The notes: generated by a model from the sequence alone, not told the origin. Shown: positions 19,091 to 28,906, counted from the stretch's first letter. The stretch: 64,000 nucleotides of DNA from Candidatus Rifleibacteriota bacterium (GCA_900772775.1 CAAGRW010000134.1:6866-70865), one strand, 5' to 3'. Program-made: numbers and translations.

Positions 19091-19334
19091 GTTATCGCAC
19101 TCCGATATTTGTAAACAAACTAAATCAAATTTTTCTTATAAAAAATTGAACAAACTGTCTTTTGCAGGCTGTTTTGTGGGGAAAACGGACGAGCACAAGG
19201 CGGCGGATGAGAAAGCGCATTCCCAAAAGTTGCCCAACGACAGCCTAGGTGGTTTCTATTATGAACGCTTGCTTCCTTCGCTTTTCCTATTTGTTTTCTA
19301 TCTGCCTTGTATATGCGTTGTGTTTGTACTCGAG

Positions 19335-20612
19335 CTAGTCTTGACGGTTACATTCGAGCACGTCTTTATGGAAGACGGTCTTCCACTGAATGTAAGTAAT
19401 CATAGCGCCGCCGACGATAAAGCAAAGAATTAGTAAAGTTTCCATAGCGGCCATACCCCAGCGCTCAGTAAAAACGCCTTGCAAAGCGGCAATAATACTC
19501 ATGGCTCCCCAAGCGGTAAAGGTATTGAGTGAGCCAAAAGCCGTCTTGTCACCTACACTAGGAAACATATCGGGCACACTAATTACTAAGGCCATAGAAT
19601 AAATACGATCTAAAGTCATAAAAATAGCAATGGCCGCTACGGCGGCGGTTAAATTTAATTTGCCATAGATAAAAATAGGCAGCAATACCAATGAAGAAAT
19701 AATGCTTACCAAAAATGTGGAGCGATGGCCAAAGCGCTTCATTATGCTGTTGGTAAAGAAATTGATAAGACAATCGGCTAAACCGATAATCAGAAGGGCT
19801 AAGCTAACTTCTTTAAGATCGAGATGATAATGGTAGGGAAACCAAAGGCCGCACAGAGAGTAAAAGCCAAAGTAGGCCATACGGTTGATGGTTGAGCCTA
19901 TATAGTAGGTGACGGCATGGGGCACGGCCAAAGCCTTTTGGTAAGGCTCGACAATGGCTTTACAAATGGAGAAAAGGCTCTTAAAAGTTAAATTTTGGCA
20001 TAAAGGAGAAGCTTTTTCTTCTTTATCTGGCTGGGGCGCATTGGGTTGGCTCGCTTCGTCTTTGTGTTCGGTTGGATAAAACCAAGCCAGAGCTAAACCG
20101 CTGGCCGCTGTAAGTAAAGCAATAATTAGGATCGGTACACGCCAATTGAAGTCGACCGTAAGCCAACCGGCCAGCGGTACGCCTATAGCTGTGGCTAAGG
20201 GGCGAGCTGACATTAAAACGGCGATCATAGCCGGGAAATAAGCTTTGGAGACGCCGTGGAAAGTTAGGCTCCACATAATGGAAGCTACAAAGCCTGCTCC
20301 CAAACCAGACAGAGCTCGCCAGACTAAGCCCAGCTCGAAGGAAGAAGAAAAAGCGAAGGCTGCTTGGGTGAGCGCCAAAAGAAGCGTACACCAAAAGAGC
20401 AATTTGCCGGGCTTAAACGCCGAAACTAGCGAAGGGCCGAACACCAGACCAGCTACAGTGCCGCCAGTACAAAACGAGATGAATAGTAAAGCAGTGTGGG
20501 CTGGAATGCTGAAGCTTTGGCCAATCACGTCGGCCATGGGAGAGATGGCGTTGTCGATTGAATTAAAAGCAAAAATTAAAATAAAAGCTAAAACGACAAC
20601 GACTCTCTCCAT
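19335..20612 (-). CDS. MFS-family transporter (12 predicted TM)
   Basis: 425 aa, hydrophobic throughout, with an MFS-like pattern and a central cytoplasmic loop. Last gene of the rSAM/ATP-grasp operon. Confidence 0.75.
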   Translation of the reverse strand: MERVVVVLAFILIFAFNSIDNAISPMADVIGQSFSIPAHTALLFISFCTGGTVAGLVFGPSLVSAFKPGKLLFWCTLLLALTQAAFAFSSSFELGLVWRALSGLGAGFVASIMWSLTFHGVSKAYFPAMIAVLMSARPLATAIGVPLAGWLTVDFNWRVPILIIALLTAASGLALAWFYPTEHKDEASQPNAPQPDKEEKASPLCQNLTFKSLFSICKAIVEPYQKALAVPHAVTYYIGSTINRMAYFGFYSLCGLWFPYHYHLDLKEVSLALLIIGLADCLINFFTNSIMKRFGHRSTFLVSIISSLVLLPIFIYGKLNLTAAVAAIAIFMTLDRIYSMALVISVPDMFPSVGDKTAFGSLNTFTAWGAMSIIAALQGVFTERWGMAAMETLLILCFIVGGAMITYIQWKTVFHKDVLECNRQD

Positions 20613-20637
20613 TGTTTCGAACCTCTAGTCTGCGAAA

Positions 20638-21960
20638 TTAGTGCAGCTCTTTCAAGGCTCGAGCGGCCAGGGCCAGAGCAGACTCCACATATTCTTCACT
20701 TTCGCCTAAAGCGGCCAAAGCTACGGTGCCATGAGCCGGCGGCGAAGTAATTATCAGTCCGCGTCTGCCCTTGGTTTTGTGCAAAAGGAGCGGTTCCCCT
20801 TCATAGGTGAGCGAGCCCAGCTTATCCAGCACTTCGTCGGTGGTAGTAGCTGCGGTAGGTAACGACTCTCGAGAACTTATATACAGGCTTGACCAATGGG
20901 GGCCAAAGAAGTGTTTGGCTATATCAACTACATAACCGAAACCGTTGTGACGGAAGTTGCATTCCAAAAAGATCGGCTCAAGTTGGCCGTGCTCGTTTCT
21001 AGTTAAGCCCCAGTCCATATTTAAATAGCCTCGGGCTCCAGTTAAGTATACTGAACGACCTAAGCGGTTTATATCGGCCAATAGCTTTGACATAGCTTCA
21101 TCGGCTTCCGAGCCGGTTAGGTTGGCCGGATAGTCAAAACCGCACCAACCTCCGTGAGTGTCAAACACTTGGCTGTCTAAGCCTACAAAATGGCAACCTT
21201 GATCGTCTATTAAGCTGAGCGAGCCGCAAACCGTTTCAAAATCTATAAATTGCTCAACTAACACTCTGCTGCCGCCGTACCATTGGGGCAAAGCCGTTTT
21301 CAATTCGTCGGCAGTGCCAGCTAAATTGCCAGCGCCGCCAGCCGATTGAATTTTGCGCAACATAAGTTTGGGCTGTTTTTGCTCATTTTGGGCTGAGAGC
21401 TGGGCCGAAACGGTGTCGATAAGCTGTTTCAGGCTGGAACTATTATCGGCACACATTCCCGGCGGCACTTGGCAACCCGCACCTATAGCCAAAGCTTTGC
21501 AAAAGTCTTTGCTATTTAAGTTGTCGATTAAGCCTAAAGCCAAGTATTTTTGGGCGGTGCCTTTTACGGGCAACTCCAATTGTTGGCCCAGCTCAAAAAT
21601 AGGCTCGGTCTGAATGTAGGGCTCGACAAACCAATCTTCACCTTGGCAGCGCTCTTTTATGGCTTGTAAAGCGGCGGCGTCGGCTTTAATAGCGTCGGTC
21701 AAGAGGCAACTTGCAGCCATTTTGACATTGATAACTGTTTGCTCGGGTGTTCCCAAATCGAGTAAAGAGCAAATATAGCTCTGGAAAGAAGGCTCGATTT
21801 GAGTAGGCGTTACCAACACATCACCTGGATTCAGTGAGCAAAGAAAGCGGGGGAAAACTTTCAAAGTTTTATGCTGAAAAAATTCACTAAAGCCGCCTTC
21901 AGAGGTTGGGATCACATTTTCGGCGTTGGGCAAAAATAGTTTAGGCATAGAACTTGCCAT
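20638..21960 (-). CDS. ATP-grasp-like ligase (hypothetical)
   Basis: 440 aa. Segments resemble ATP-grasp motifs: LMLRKIQSAGGAGNL (K-x-GSGG loop), VLVEQFID...GSLSL, and YLNMDWGLTRNEHGQLEPIFLECNFRHNG (the E-x-N Mg/ATP site). It overlaps the upstream rSAM gene by 20 nt. Confidence 0.5.
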   Translation of the reverse strand: MASSMPKLFLPNAENVIPTSEGGFSEFFQHKTLKVFPRFLCSLNPGDVLVTPTQIEPSFQSYICSLLDLGTPEQTVINVKMAASCLLTDAIKADAAALQAIKERCQGEDWFVEPYIQTEPIFELGQQLELPVKGTAQKYLALGLIDNLNSKDFCKALAIGAGCQVPPGMCADNSSSLKQLIDTVSAQLSAQNEQKQPKLMLRKIQSAGGAGNLAGTADELKTALPQWYGGSRVLVEQFIDFETVCGSLSLIDDQGCHFVGLDSQVFDTHGGWCGFDYPANLTGSEADEAMSKLLADINRLGRSVYLTGARGYLNMDWGLTRNEHGQLEPIFLECNFRHNGFGYVVDIAKHFFGPHWSSLYISSRESLPTAATTTDEVLDKLGSLTYEGEPLLLHKTKGRRGLIITSPPAHGTVALAALGESEEYVESALALAARALKELH

Positions 21961-22927
21961 CGCAGAGCATATTGCGAGGATATTTTTGCAAATTTAAGCC
22001 GCGAATGCTTTTTAAGGAGCAAAGCACAAATTGGAAATTGCGCTGCATAAGAGCTGTGGCCACTTTATCGACAGAAGCTAAAGCTACTTCGTTCTTTTGT
22101 GAAAAAGACACTGTGTCGTCTTGGCCAGGCAAAATTTTGCGACTAGCGTCAAAATTGTAGCGAGACAAGATCTTCTCCAATTCGGCTGGATCTAAAGCTT
22201 GGCGTATAGCATCCATAATGCCGGGCGAGAAGAGCAAGTACGACCACATGACGCGCTTTAAGTGGTGCTGCTCCAATAAATCGAGGAAAGGCAGCAATGC
22301 TTCGTCGCGGTCGTCAATTTGCGCAATAAAAGGATCGAGGTGAATTGTTGTCAGGCAACCGGCTTGGCAAATTTCTTCGGCTGCTTCTAAACGTGGTTGC
22401 AAAGGCTTTAAGTTTTTGACAAACTTGGCCAGCGGATTGGGATTGAGCATAACTGAAGGACTGAAGGCGGCGTTATAGGAGAACTTTTCGCGCCATTTGC
22501 TCATTAAATCGATAATTTCACGGCTGGGCAGTCCTTTAGTGGTAATAATTACTCGATTGACTTTGGAGGCGCTGAGAATTTTTAAAATTTCTAAACTCAG
22601 GCCGCTTTCTACAAACTTAGGCGTAAAAATATCGGTGTAGCGAGAAAGCTTTAATATGTTAATGTTGCCGGAGTTTACTTCTTCGTGGATGCGACGCAGC
22701 AATTCTTCTTCGGGATAGAGAAGGGCCGGATCGTCAAATTTGGCATTCAGTTCGTTTAAAGTATTGTTGACAGCTACGCGAGAGCGAGCGTAGCAATAAG
22801 GGCAATTGTGTTGGCAACCTACCCAAGGTTCCAAATAGTGATATTTTCCATACCAGCATGTTCCTAAAGAACCGGGAGCAAATAAAGTTACTTTTTCTTC
22901 CATTCGTAGATGTTCTCGTTTATTCAA
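21941..22927 (-). CDS. Radical SAM protein (SPL/COG1533-like)
   Basis: CQHNCPYCYA (CxxxCxxC) cluster at about residue 38. A 328-aa TIM-barrel-sized protein. Confidence 0.7.
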   Translation of the reverse strand: MNKREHLRMEEKVTLFAPGSLGTCWYGKYHYLEPWVGCQHNCPYCYARSRVAVNNTLNELNAKFDDPALLYPEEELLRRIHEEVNSGNINILKLSRYTDIFTPKFVESGLSLEILKILSASKVNRVIITTKGLPSREIIDLMSKWREKFSYNAAFSPSVMLNPNPLAKFVKNLKPLQPRLEAAEEICQAGCLTTIHLDPFIAQIDDRDEALLPFLDLLEQHHLKRVMWSYLLFSPGIMDAIRQALDPAELEKILSRYNFDASRKILPGQDDTVSFSQKNEVALASVDKVATALMQRNFQFVLCSLKSIRGLNLQKYPRNMLCDGKFYA

Positions 22928-23067
22928 AAATTATTTGCCAAAAAAGCAAAAACAGATCGAACCCAGAGGGAAAATACAGCATATAAGCGGCCTTTTTGAC
23001 AAAAAAACCAGCCACTCAAGCAATAAATAATAATGCTATTCCTGCTATTGTCTCACACAAATAATAA

Positions 23068-23095
23068 AGCCGCAAGCAAAAAAGTGCGGCTTCAG
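23068..23095 (-). terminator. Putative terminator downstream of the methyltransferase gene (minus strand)
   Basis: GCCGCA...TGCGGC hairpin. On the minus strand it is followed by TTTATTATTTGTGTG. Confidence 0.4.
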
Positions 23096-23125
23096 GTAGG
23101 GTGATAGGTTAAATACAGAGCGTCT

Positions 23126-23788
23126 TTATCTTTTTTGTAGCATTATACCGCCGTAAAAGGAACATTTAGGCATAAGGCCGATCAATTTGAAGCCGACTTC
23201 CTCTAGGCAGCTTTGCCAATATTTTACTCCGCAGGGAAATTCGTTGAGAAAGCTATTCATGACGTCGTGCTCTTTGGTTTTCCAGGCCTCGCCGTAATAT
23301 TGGGCGGCTTGTTTTTTCAATTTTTCCCAATTTTCTTGCAATTGCGGTCGCTCAAACTCAAAAAAGATACCGTCTTCTATATATAACAAGGCGCCGCTTT
23401 TAAAGGCCGGGCCGATATTTTGGGCAAAAATAGCTTTCTCGGCGTCGGTTAAGTGGTGCAAAGCTTTGCGGGAAAAGCCTTTACTAAATGTATTCGGCTG
23501 CGGCTTGTAAGCCGTAAAAGAGCTGCAAATAAGTTCTGTATTGGGGTAATGGTTTAAATTTTGGCTTGTCAGCTCAATTTGCAACTTGGAAATATCCAGC
23601 CCGTACACTTTTTGAGCTATGGGTGCAGCCAAACTTAAAAATTCGCCGTTGCCGCAACCGAAGTCTATTAAAGTGTCGTCGCTATTAATTTTAAGTAAGT
23701 TTAAACAGTGCTTAAAATATTCGGCTTCTGTGGCGTAGTTGCGGTTATAATAGGCTACATATTCGTCGTTTAACCAATTCTCTTCCAT
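23126..23788 (-). CDS. Class I SAM-dependent methyltransferase
   Basis: Motif I LIDFGCGNGEF and motif II-like VYGLDIS. 220 aa. Confidence 0.8.
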   Translation of the reverse strand: MEENWLNDEYVAYYNRNYATEAEYFKHCLNLLKINSDDTLIDFGCGNGEFLSLAAPIAQKVYGLDISKLQIELTSQNLNHYPNTELICSSFTAYKPQPNTFSKGFSRKALHHLTDAEKAIFAQNIGPAFKSGALLYIEDGIFFEFERPQLQENWEKLKKQAAQYYGEAWKTKEHDVMNSFLNEFPCGVKYWQSCLEEVGFKLIGLMPKCSFYGGIMLQKR

Positions 23789-23800
23789 AATAGCGACTCC

Positions 23801-24550
23801 TTAGTTCTTCCCCGGGAAGGGAGTGTAAGGCACTTTGGTGCGTTGAGGATGATTCTTTAGCCAATAGAGAGTGAGAGCCCACAGGTGCTTGAGATAATTT
23901 ACTATTTCACCGCCGCCGAATTTACTTTTGCCAGCTAAACGATCTTCAAAAATAAAAGGCACCTCAGTGACAGTTTTATAATGGCCTTTAATTAAAACTT
24001 CCAAATTGATCTTAAAGCCAATTGGATTTAACTCAGCGCCTTCAATTACTTGACGGCGCATAAGCATATAGCCGCTGGTAACGTCGTTGACTGGACAAAT
24101 CGGCCAGCCCATAGCTACGGCAGTTAGAGAAGTTATGCGTCTGTACCAAGGCCAATTGCGCACACCGCCGCCTTTTATGTAGCGACTGCCCATAGCAATG
24201 TCGGCGCCGCCATTAGTTATGGAGTAGACCATATCGGGCAATATGTTGGGATCGTGGGATAAATCGGCGTCGATTACTCCCAAAATTTCGCCCTCTCCGG
24301 CTTGCCAACCGGCAATAACGGCAGAAGAGAGGCCGAGCTTGCCGCTGCGTTTTACTACTTTTATGCGTCCTTGGTATTTTTCGCTAAGCTTTTCAGCTAA
24401 AGCGGCGGTGCCGTCGGGAGAATTATCGTCCACTACAACCAATTCTCCGCTAATAGAAGCTTTATCTAGGGCCGCAAATACTTTTTCCGCTAAAACTGGC
24501 AGGGTCTCTTTTTCGTTATAAGTGGGAACAATTAGTGAAAGCTGGATCAT
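23801..24550 (-). CDS. GT2 glycosyltransferase, polyprenol-phosphate sugar transferase (Dpm1/ArnC-like)
   Basis: LSLIVPTYNEKETL ... VVVDDNSPDGT ... IDADLSHDP (DxD/DAD). Start at the ATG at 24550; a TTG at 24556 also lies in frame. The upstream gene's stop codon lies 2 nt before it (TGACTATG). Confidence 0.8.
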   Translation of the reverse strand: MIQLSLIVPTYNEKETLPVLAEKVFAALDKASISGELVVVDDNSPDGTAALAEKLSEKYQGRIKVVKRSGKLGLSSAVIAGWQAGEGEILGVIDADLSHDPNILPDMVYSITNGGADIAMGSRYIKGGGVRNWPWYRRITSLTAVAMGWPICPVNDVTSGYMLMRRQVIEGAELNPIGFKINLEVLIKGHYKTVTEVPFIFEDRLAGKSKFGGGEIVNYLKHLWALTLYWLKNHPQRTKVPYTPFPGKN

Positions 24551-24552
24551 AG

Positions 24553-25017
24553 TCAAAAACGTATAACCTTTTCTGATTTAAGGCAAATTTCCAAAATAAG
24601 GTGGGCGGAAACCAAATGGCCGACTTTTATTTCGTCGCATAAGGACAATTTTTGAGCCGAATGCTCGCAAATACGCAGAGAACAGCCGCGCTTTTGCAAA
24701 AATTGCAAAATTGGCAACAATTCAGAAGTTTCGGTACATAGGCGCACCGCTTCGTGCATAAAAATTATAAATCTGGGCAATTCTTGTAAGTTGTTCAGCT
24801 CGGCAATAATGTTGTGCAAAAGTTCTTCGCCCAAAGCGTCGGGAGCTCCGATGTAGGGTTGGCAAAAAATAATGGTGCCGCGAAACTTGTGAGAATCCGA
24901 GCCTGCTAACGGGGAATATTCGGCAAAGGGGCGGCCGCTGCGCAAAGCGCCCAAATAGTATTGAAGATCTTTTTCTTCAAAACACTCAGGAGTAGTAAGA
25001 CTCAATTTTTCCTTCAA
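24553..25017 (-). CDS. Hypothetical protein, first gene of the GT2 operon
   Basis: 154 aa, Cys-containing (CQPYIG, RGCSLRICEH), tightly coupled to the GT2 gene. No confident family assignment. Confidence 0.45.
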   Translation of the reverse strand: MKEKLSLTTPECFEEKDLQYYLGALRSGRPFAEYSPLAGSDSHKFRGTIIFCQPYIGAPDALGEELLHNIIAELNNLQELPRFIIFMHEAVRLCTETSELLPILQFLQKRGCSLRICEHSAQKLSLCDEIKVGHLVSAHLILEICLKSEKVIRF

Positions 25018-25250
25018 CTCTCAAAACTTCTTTGCTATTCTGTCGGCCTTTCAAGTTCGGCGACCTTTACCCCTTCCCGGTTGTGGCTTTTAGCCACTCA
25101 AAGCCTCAGTATAGGCCGAGTGGGAAAGGCGCTTTTTCGGCAGGAATAGGCGATAAAAACAAGAATGCGCGACAGAATACGGCTCGGCAGAGGCATTTTT
25201 TTTTCTGGCTGGTGTACTGCCGCGCTTCTTGGGAAGGTTAGGCTGTCACC

Positions 25251-26645
25251 ATGAATTCATTTACGAGCGCGGAAATCAAAAACAGATTAAAGCGCTTGAT
25301 TGGCGGCTTCCGTTGGCGTGCTGTGGTTATGGTGGCCGTGATCTACCTATTCTCCTTCAGTATTGTGGCCTCTTCCGTGATCTACTTAGCCCGCACTAGA
25401 GGTGAAGGCGAACTTTCCGCCGCTTTAGTGCAAAGCGTAAAAGCTTTTGGCTATACGAGCACACGCGATTTTGACACTTCAGTTACGCAAGCCGAATTTT
25501 TAGCTGCCGATTCTTGCCTTGACGCCTACAGAAACAGCACCAATTTAAAGCAAAGTTTTGATTCTCTTTCCGAAGCCGACAAAAAAGCATTAAGCAGTGA
25601 CATGCTTACCGCTTTAGCCAACATCTCCAAAGATGCGGTAGCTATTGTCGATACCGAAGGCAATGTTTGCTTATTTACTGAGCGCACTGCTCCTAAAGAA
25701 AAAGGTGGCGGCACTCCTTCTGAAACCGACTTTGGCAAAGCGGAAACCCATGGCAAAAAAGGTGAATCTGGCGATAAAGCCGACTCGCTCAAAAGCCTTG
25801 ACAAGCTTGACGCTGATTTCCTCGATTCAGTATTTAAATTCGGGGAAGCCAGCAAAGGGTGCTTGCGCTTTTCTACTTCATCTTCTGCGCCTCTTTACAA
25901 CGTAGTGGCTGTAGCTCTCAATAAGGGGGCTAAAGACGAAAAAAAGAAAAACGGGGCTTTGCTTTTAGCTGAGCGTATAGACGACAAAGCGCTGGTCAAG
26001 TGGAGCCAAAATATGCCTCCCGGCCTTTTGGTGTTGGTTGCTCAAGGTAAAGTCGTTTCTGCTTACGACAAGCGTTCCGATTCGCGTCCCACTCCGACTA
26101 TCGCTGCCGAATTAGACAAAATGCTCAAATATTGGAGCCCGCGTCAAAATCTTGACGAGTCAGGCAAAGGCAGCTCCCAATTTAAGATCAGTAGTTCCGA
26201 CGTCAAGTTGGCTGGCAAGACTTGGAAAGCGGCTGTGGCCGAGCTGGATAGTAGCAAAAAACGTGAAGCGGCAGCTTATGTAGTCTTTTTGGCCGATCCT
26301 TTGAATCTGGAACAAGAAATAAGGCAGCATATTTGGGTTCTGGGTATTTGCTTGGCCGTCACTCTGGTTATGCAAAGCGTTTTAGTCTATTTCTTAAGTC
26401 CGGTTTGTTTGCGTTTTGCCCGAGCTCATTTGCAAGCTGGTTCGGCCCATTTAGTTTCTTTAGAAGTAAAATCGCGCCAGACACAAATTTTAGCCGCGCA
26501 AAATGCTGCCTCTTCAGAATCGGCTCCCCCTGTCGCGTCTACCAATCCGACGGCTTCATCTGTATCGGCTGCTGGAACTGAAGCTGCGACCGCGCCTACT
26601 GCGCCTCCTACGCCGTCGATTCCCGCTGACCAAACTCAAAAATAA
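25251..26645 (+). CDS. Membrane protein with two TM segments flanking an extracytoplasmic domain of about 330 aa and an Ala/Thr/Pro-rich C-terminal tail; no recognisable output domain
   Basis: N-terminal TM RAVVMVAVIYLFSFSIVASSVIYL, a second TM HIWVLGICLAVTLVMQSVLVYFL, and a C-terminus ...TEAATAPTAPPTPSIPADQTQK. Confidence 0.55.
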   Translation: MNSFTSAEIKNRLKRLIGGFRWRAVVMVAVIYLFSFSIVASSVIYLARTRGEGELSAALVQSVKAFGYTSTRDFDTSVTQAEFLAADSCLDAYRNSTNLKQSFDSLSEADKKALSSDMLTALANISKDAVAIVDTEGNVCLFTERTAPKEKGGGTPSETDFGKAETHGKKGESGDKADSLKSLDKLDADFLDSVFKFGEASKGCLRFSTSSSAPLYNVVAVALNKGAKDEKKKNGALLLAERIDDKALVKWSQNMPPGLLVLVAQGKVVSAYDKRSDSRPTPTIAAELDKMLKYWSPRQNLDESGKGSSQFKISSSDVKLAGKTWKAAVAELDSSKKREAAAYVVFLADPLNLEQEIRQHIWVLGICLAVTLVMQSVLVYFLSPVCLRFARAHLQAGSAHLVSLEVKSRQTQILAAQNAASSESAPPVASTNPTASSVSAAGTEAATAPTAPPTPSIPADQTQK

Positions 26646-26664
26646 AATTTGTTTAATTGCAACA

Positions 26665-26701
26665 GCCGGAAAAGGTCAAAGCTTGGCTCCGGCCTTTTTT
26701 C
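26665..26701 (+). terminator. Rho-independent terminator
   Basis: GCCGGA...TCCGGC stem followed by CTTTTTTC. Confidence 0.6.
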
Positions 26702-26727
26702 TTGAAATTAAAGAAAGCTGCTCCCCC

Positions 26728-27555
26728 ATGAAAAATCCTAAAGTGCGTCTCGATTTGCTTTTAGTGGAGCGAGCCTTGGCTCCCACTCGAGAAAAAGCCA
26801 AATCTCTTTTAATGACCGGTCAAATTTTCGTCAATGGTGTTCGCCGTGACAAAGCCGGTTTTTTAGTCGATGAAGAATCGGAAATAACTATTCAAGGACG
26901 AGGCATTCCTTTCTCCAGCCGCGGCGGCTTTAAGTTAGAAAAAGCTTTAAATACTTTTAATATCTCTCCCGAAGGCAAGGTTGTGGCCGATTTGGGAGCT
27001 TCTACCGGCGGTTTTACCGATTGCTTGCTTAAAGGTGGAGCGGCCAAAGTTTACGCTGTAGATGTAGGCAAGGGCCTTTTGGACTACAAGCTCACCCAAG
27101 ACAGTCGCGTGGTAGTTATGGATCGCACCAATGCTCGCTATTTAACTGCTGATATGTTTGCCGAGCCTTTAGACTTAGTGACTATGGACTTGTCTTTTAT
27201 CTCTTTGGAGCTTATTTTGCCGGCTGCTAAAGAACTTTTGGCTGCCAATGGTCAGATCGTTTGTCTAATTAAGCCTCAATTTGAAGCTGGCCCCAAAAAT
27301 ATTAAAGGCGGAGTAGTGCGCCGCCCTGAAGTGCACGAACAAGTTTTGACTAAGTTTATCGCTTTTTGTCAAAGTATTGGCTTGAGAGTTGAGCAACTTA
27401 CTTTTTCGCCTATTAAAGGGCCGGCTGGTAATATCGAATTTTTGGCTTGTTTAAGTAGTGCTGATAGAGTAAAAAGCGACTGTGAGTCTGAAATTGGCGA
27501 TCAAGCTTGGGATGTAAAAGAACTGGTTTCTCAAGCTTGGCAAGAAGCCAAGTAG
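26728..27555 (+). CDS. tlyA: TlyA-family rRNA 2'-O-methyltransferase (hemolysin A homologue)
   Basis: S4 domain VRLDLLLVERALAPTREKAKSLLMTGQIFVNGVRRDKAG, then an FtsJ-like domain VADLGASTGGFTDCLLKGGAAKVYAVDVG. True start is the ATG at 26728; the ORF track extends upstream into the previous gene. Confidence 0.85.
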   Translation: MKNPKVRLDLLLVERALAPTREKAKSLLMTGQIFVNGVRRDKAGFLVDEESEITIQGRGIPFSSRGGFKLEKALNTFNISPEGKVVADLGASTGGFTDCLLKGGAAKVYAVDVGKGLLDYKLTQDSRVVVMDRTNARYLTADMFAEPLDLVTMDLSFISLELILPAAKELLAANGQIVCLIKPQFEAGPKNIKGGVVRRPEVHEQVLTKFIAFCQSIGLRVEQLTFSPIKGPAGNIEFLACLSSADRVKSDCESEIGDQAWDVKELVSQAWQEAK

Positions 27556-27588
27556 TCCAACACAAAGCAAAATAAGGAGAAAGTTAGC

Positions 27589-28797
27589 TTGAGCAAAGAA
27601 TCGAAAATAGGGGCCTTATTGGTTCTGATGGTTGTTCTTTTGTTCATTTTCGCTCCCAGCAGCGAAACTAGGGACAGCCGTATCTTTGCCAACCAATATC
27701 GATTGATTTTTAAAGAGACTCCGGGTTTGGAAGAAAATTATGACGTCAAGATGGCCGGCGTCGATATTGGTTATGTTAAAGAGATCGATTTTTGCACCGC
27801 AGAAGACAAAGAGCGCTTTGGCCCGGATGCTAATATTGCTGTTACTGTAGCCACAGATTTTTCTGCTCGCATTCCCGAAGATAGCTCCGCTAGCGTCTTG
27901 GAAGCTTCCACAAGTTTGTTGTGGCTGGAAATTACTCCAGGAATTTCCGATACATTTTTGGAGAGCGGCTCTTGTGTGCGTTTGCGCACTCCGCTTTCTT
28001 CTGCGGCTTCTTACGATTCGGCTTTAGCTGGCTCTCCTTTTAAAGATCTTAATAAGCAAACTTTGGCTGTGCGCACTTTAATGACGGCTAAAGGTTTCTC
28101 TCGCAAAATATTAGATTTAGCTTCCAATTTGCGTTTTTACAGTAATGAATTGCGTATTGCTAGCAAAGATGCTCACAGTCAATTGGGGCAAATGCACTCT
28201 AAGCTTGATGAAGAAGAAAAAGCTATTTCTATGCAATTGGATCGCTTGGATAGGCAGCTTAGTCAAGCTGGAGTCAACTTGCAAAATACTTCAGCCGCTT
28301 TAAAAGATCAAAGCGCTCAACTTTCCGGTACAGTTTCCGATTATGAAACTAAGTTGCAGCAAATGAGCGCTTTGGCGGTAAGCGAAACTGAGCGCTTTAA
28401 GGCTTTAAGTGCCAGCGCCGAAAGCAAAATGAAGGCCAAATGCTCTCCCGAATTGGTGGAACGTTTGCACAAAGCCTCGCGCAAACTCAAAAGCTTTGCT
28501 CAGATTGCCGAAGATTTGCATTACATGACTCAAGAGCCAACCACGCAGCAAGCTCTTAAAGATGCTGCTCACAAATATAGGTTGCAATCTGAGCAAATTG
28601 ACAAACTGGTGCGCAAGGTTGAAAGCTTTGTGCCGGGCGACGCGCCCCAAGATAGCGCCGCTTCCGCCGCTACAGCAGCGCCTGCCGCTTCTGCGTCTGC
28701 TGCGCCAACGAGTGAGTCTACTTCCGCTGCGCCTGCCGCGCCGACCGACTCTGTTTTAGAAGCGCAGCCAGAGGCTGCGCCTACGCCTGCTTTGTAG
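27589..28797 (+). CDS. MCE/MlaD-domain protein with a long coiled-coil and an Ala/Ser/Pro-rich C-terminus
   Basis: TTG start with RBS AAGGAGA. N-terminal TM, then YRLIFKETPGLEENYDVKMAGVDIGYVKEIDF (MCE domain core). Confidence 0.6.
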   Translation: MSKESKIGALLVLMVVLLFIFAPSSETRDSRIFANQYRLIFKETPGLEENYDVKMAGVDIGYVKEIDFCTAEDKERFGPDANIAVTVATDFSARIPEDSSASVLEASTSLLWLEITPGISDTFLESGSCVRLRTPLSSAASYDSALAGSPFKDLNKQTLAVRTLMTAKGFSRKILDLASNLRFYSNELRIASKDAHSQLGQMHSKLDEEEKAISMQLDRLDRQLSQAGVNLQNTSAALKDQSAQLSGTVSDYETKLQQMSALAVSETERFKALSASAESKMKAKCSPELVERLHKASRKLKSFAQIAEDLHYMTQEPTTQQALKDAAHKYRLQSEQIDKLVRKVESFVPGDAPQDSAASAATAAPAASASAAPTSESTSAAPAAPTDSVLEAQPEAAPTPAL

Positions 28798-28856
28798 TCA
28801 GCGCCTAGGCAACACGCCAGCCGCCGCCGGGGGCGCTTTGCTTGAATTAGTTGGGC

Positions 28857-28906
28857 ATAAAAATAGCTCCGCTCTCTTCTTGCAAGAGAAGGCGGAGCTA
28901 TTTTTA
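28857..28906. terminator. Bidirectional rho-independent terminator (A-run, 17-bp stem, T-run) between the convergent MCE and PTS genes
   Basis: AAAAATAGCTCCGC...GCGGAGCTATTTTTAT. Confidence 0.7.

Noticed and set aside
25018-25250. Possible structured RNA or small ORF (25032..25241) in the divergent intergenic region, with flanking 10-bp inverted repeat tattctgtcg / cgacagaata
   Set aside because: The ORF has no RBS and a low-complexity product. I could not match the structure to any riboswitch or sRNA class I know. This is more likely divergent promoters or operators. I leave it as unresolved rather than a finding.
26503-26727. ORF-track 5' extension of tlyA overlapping the previous gene (Arg/Leu-rich MLPLQNRLPL...)
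   Set aside because: The extension is read-through of the upstream gene's 3' end and terminator in another frame. The conserved S4-domain N-terminus starts at the ATG at 26728.
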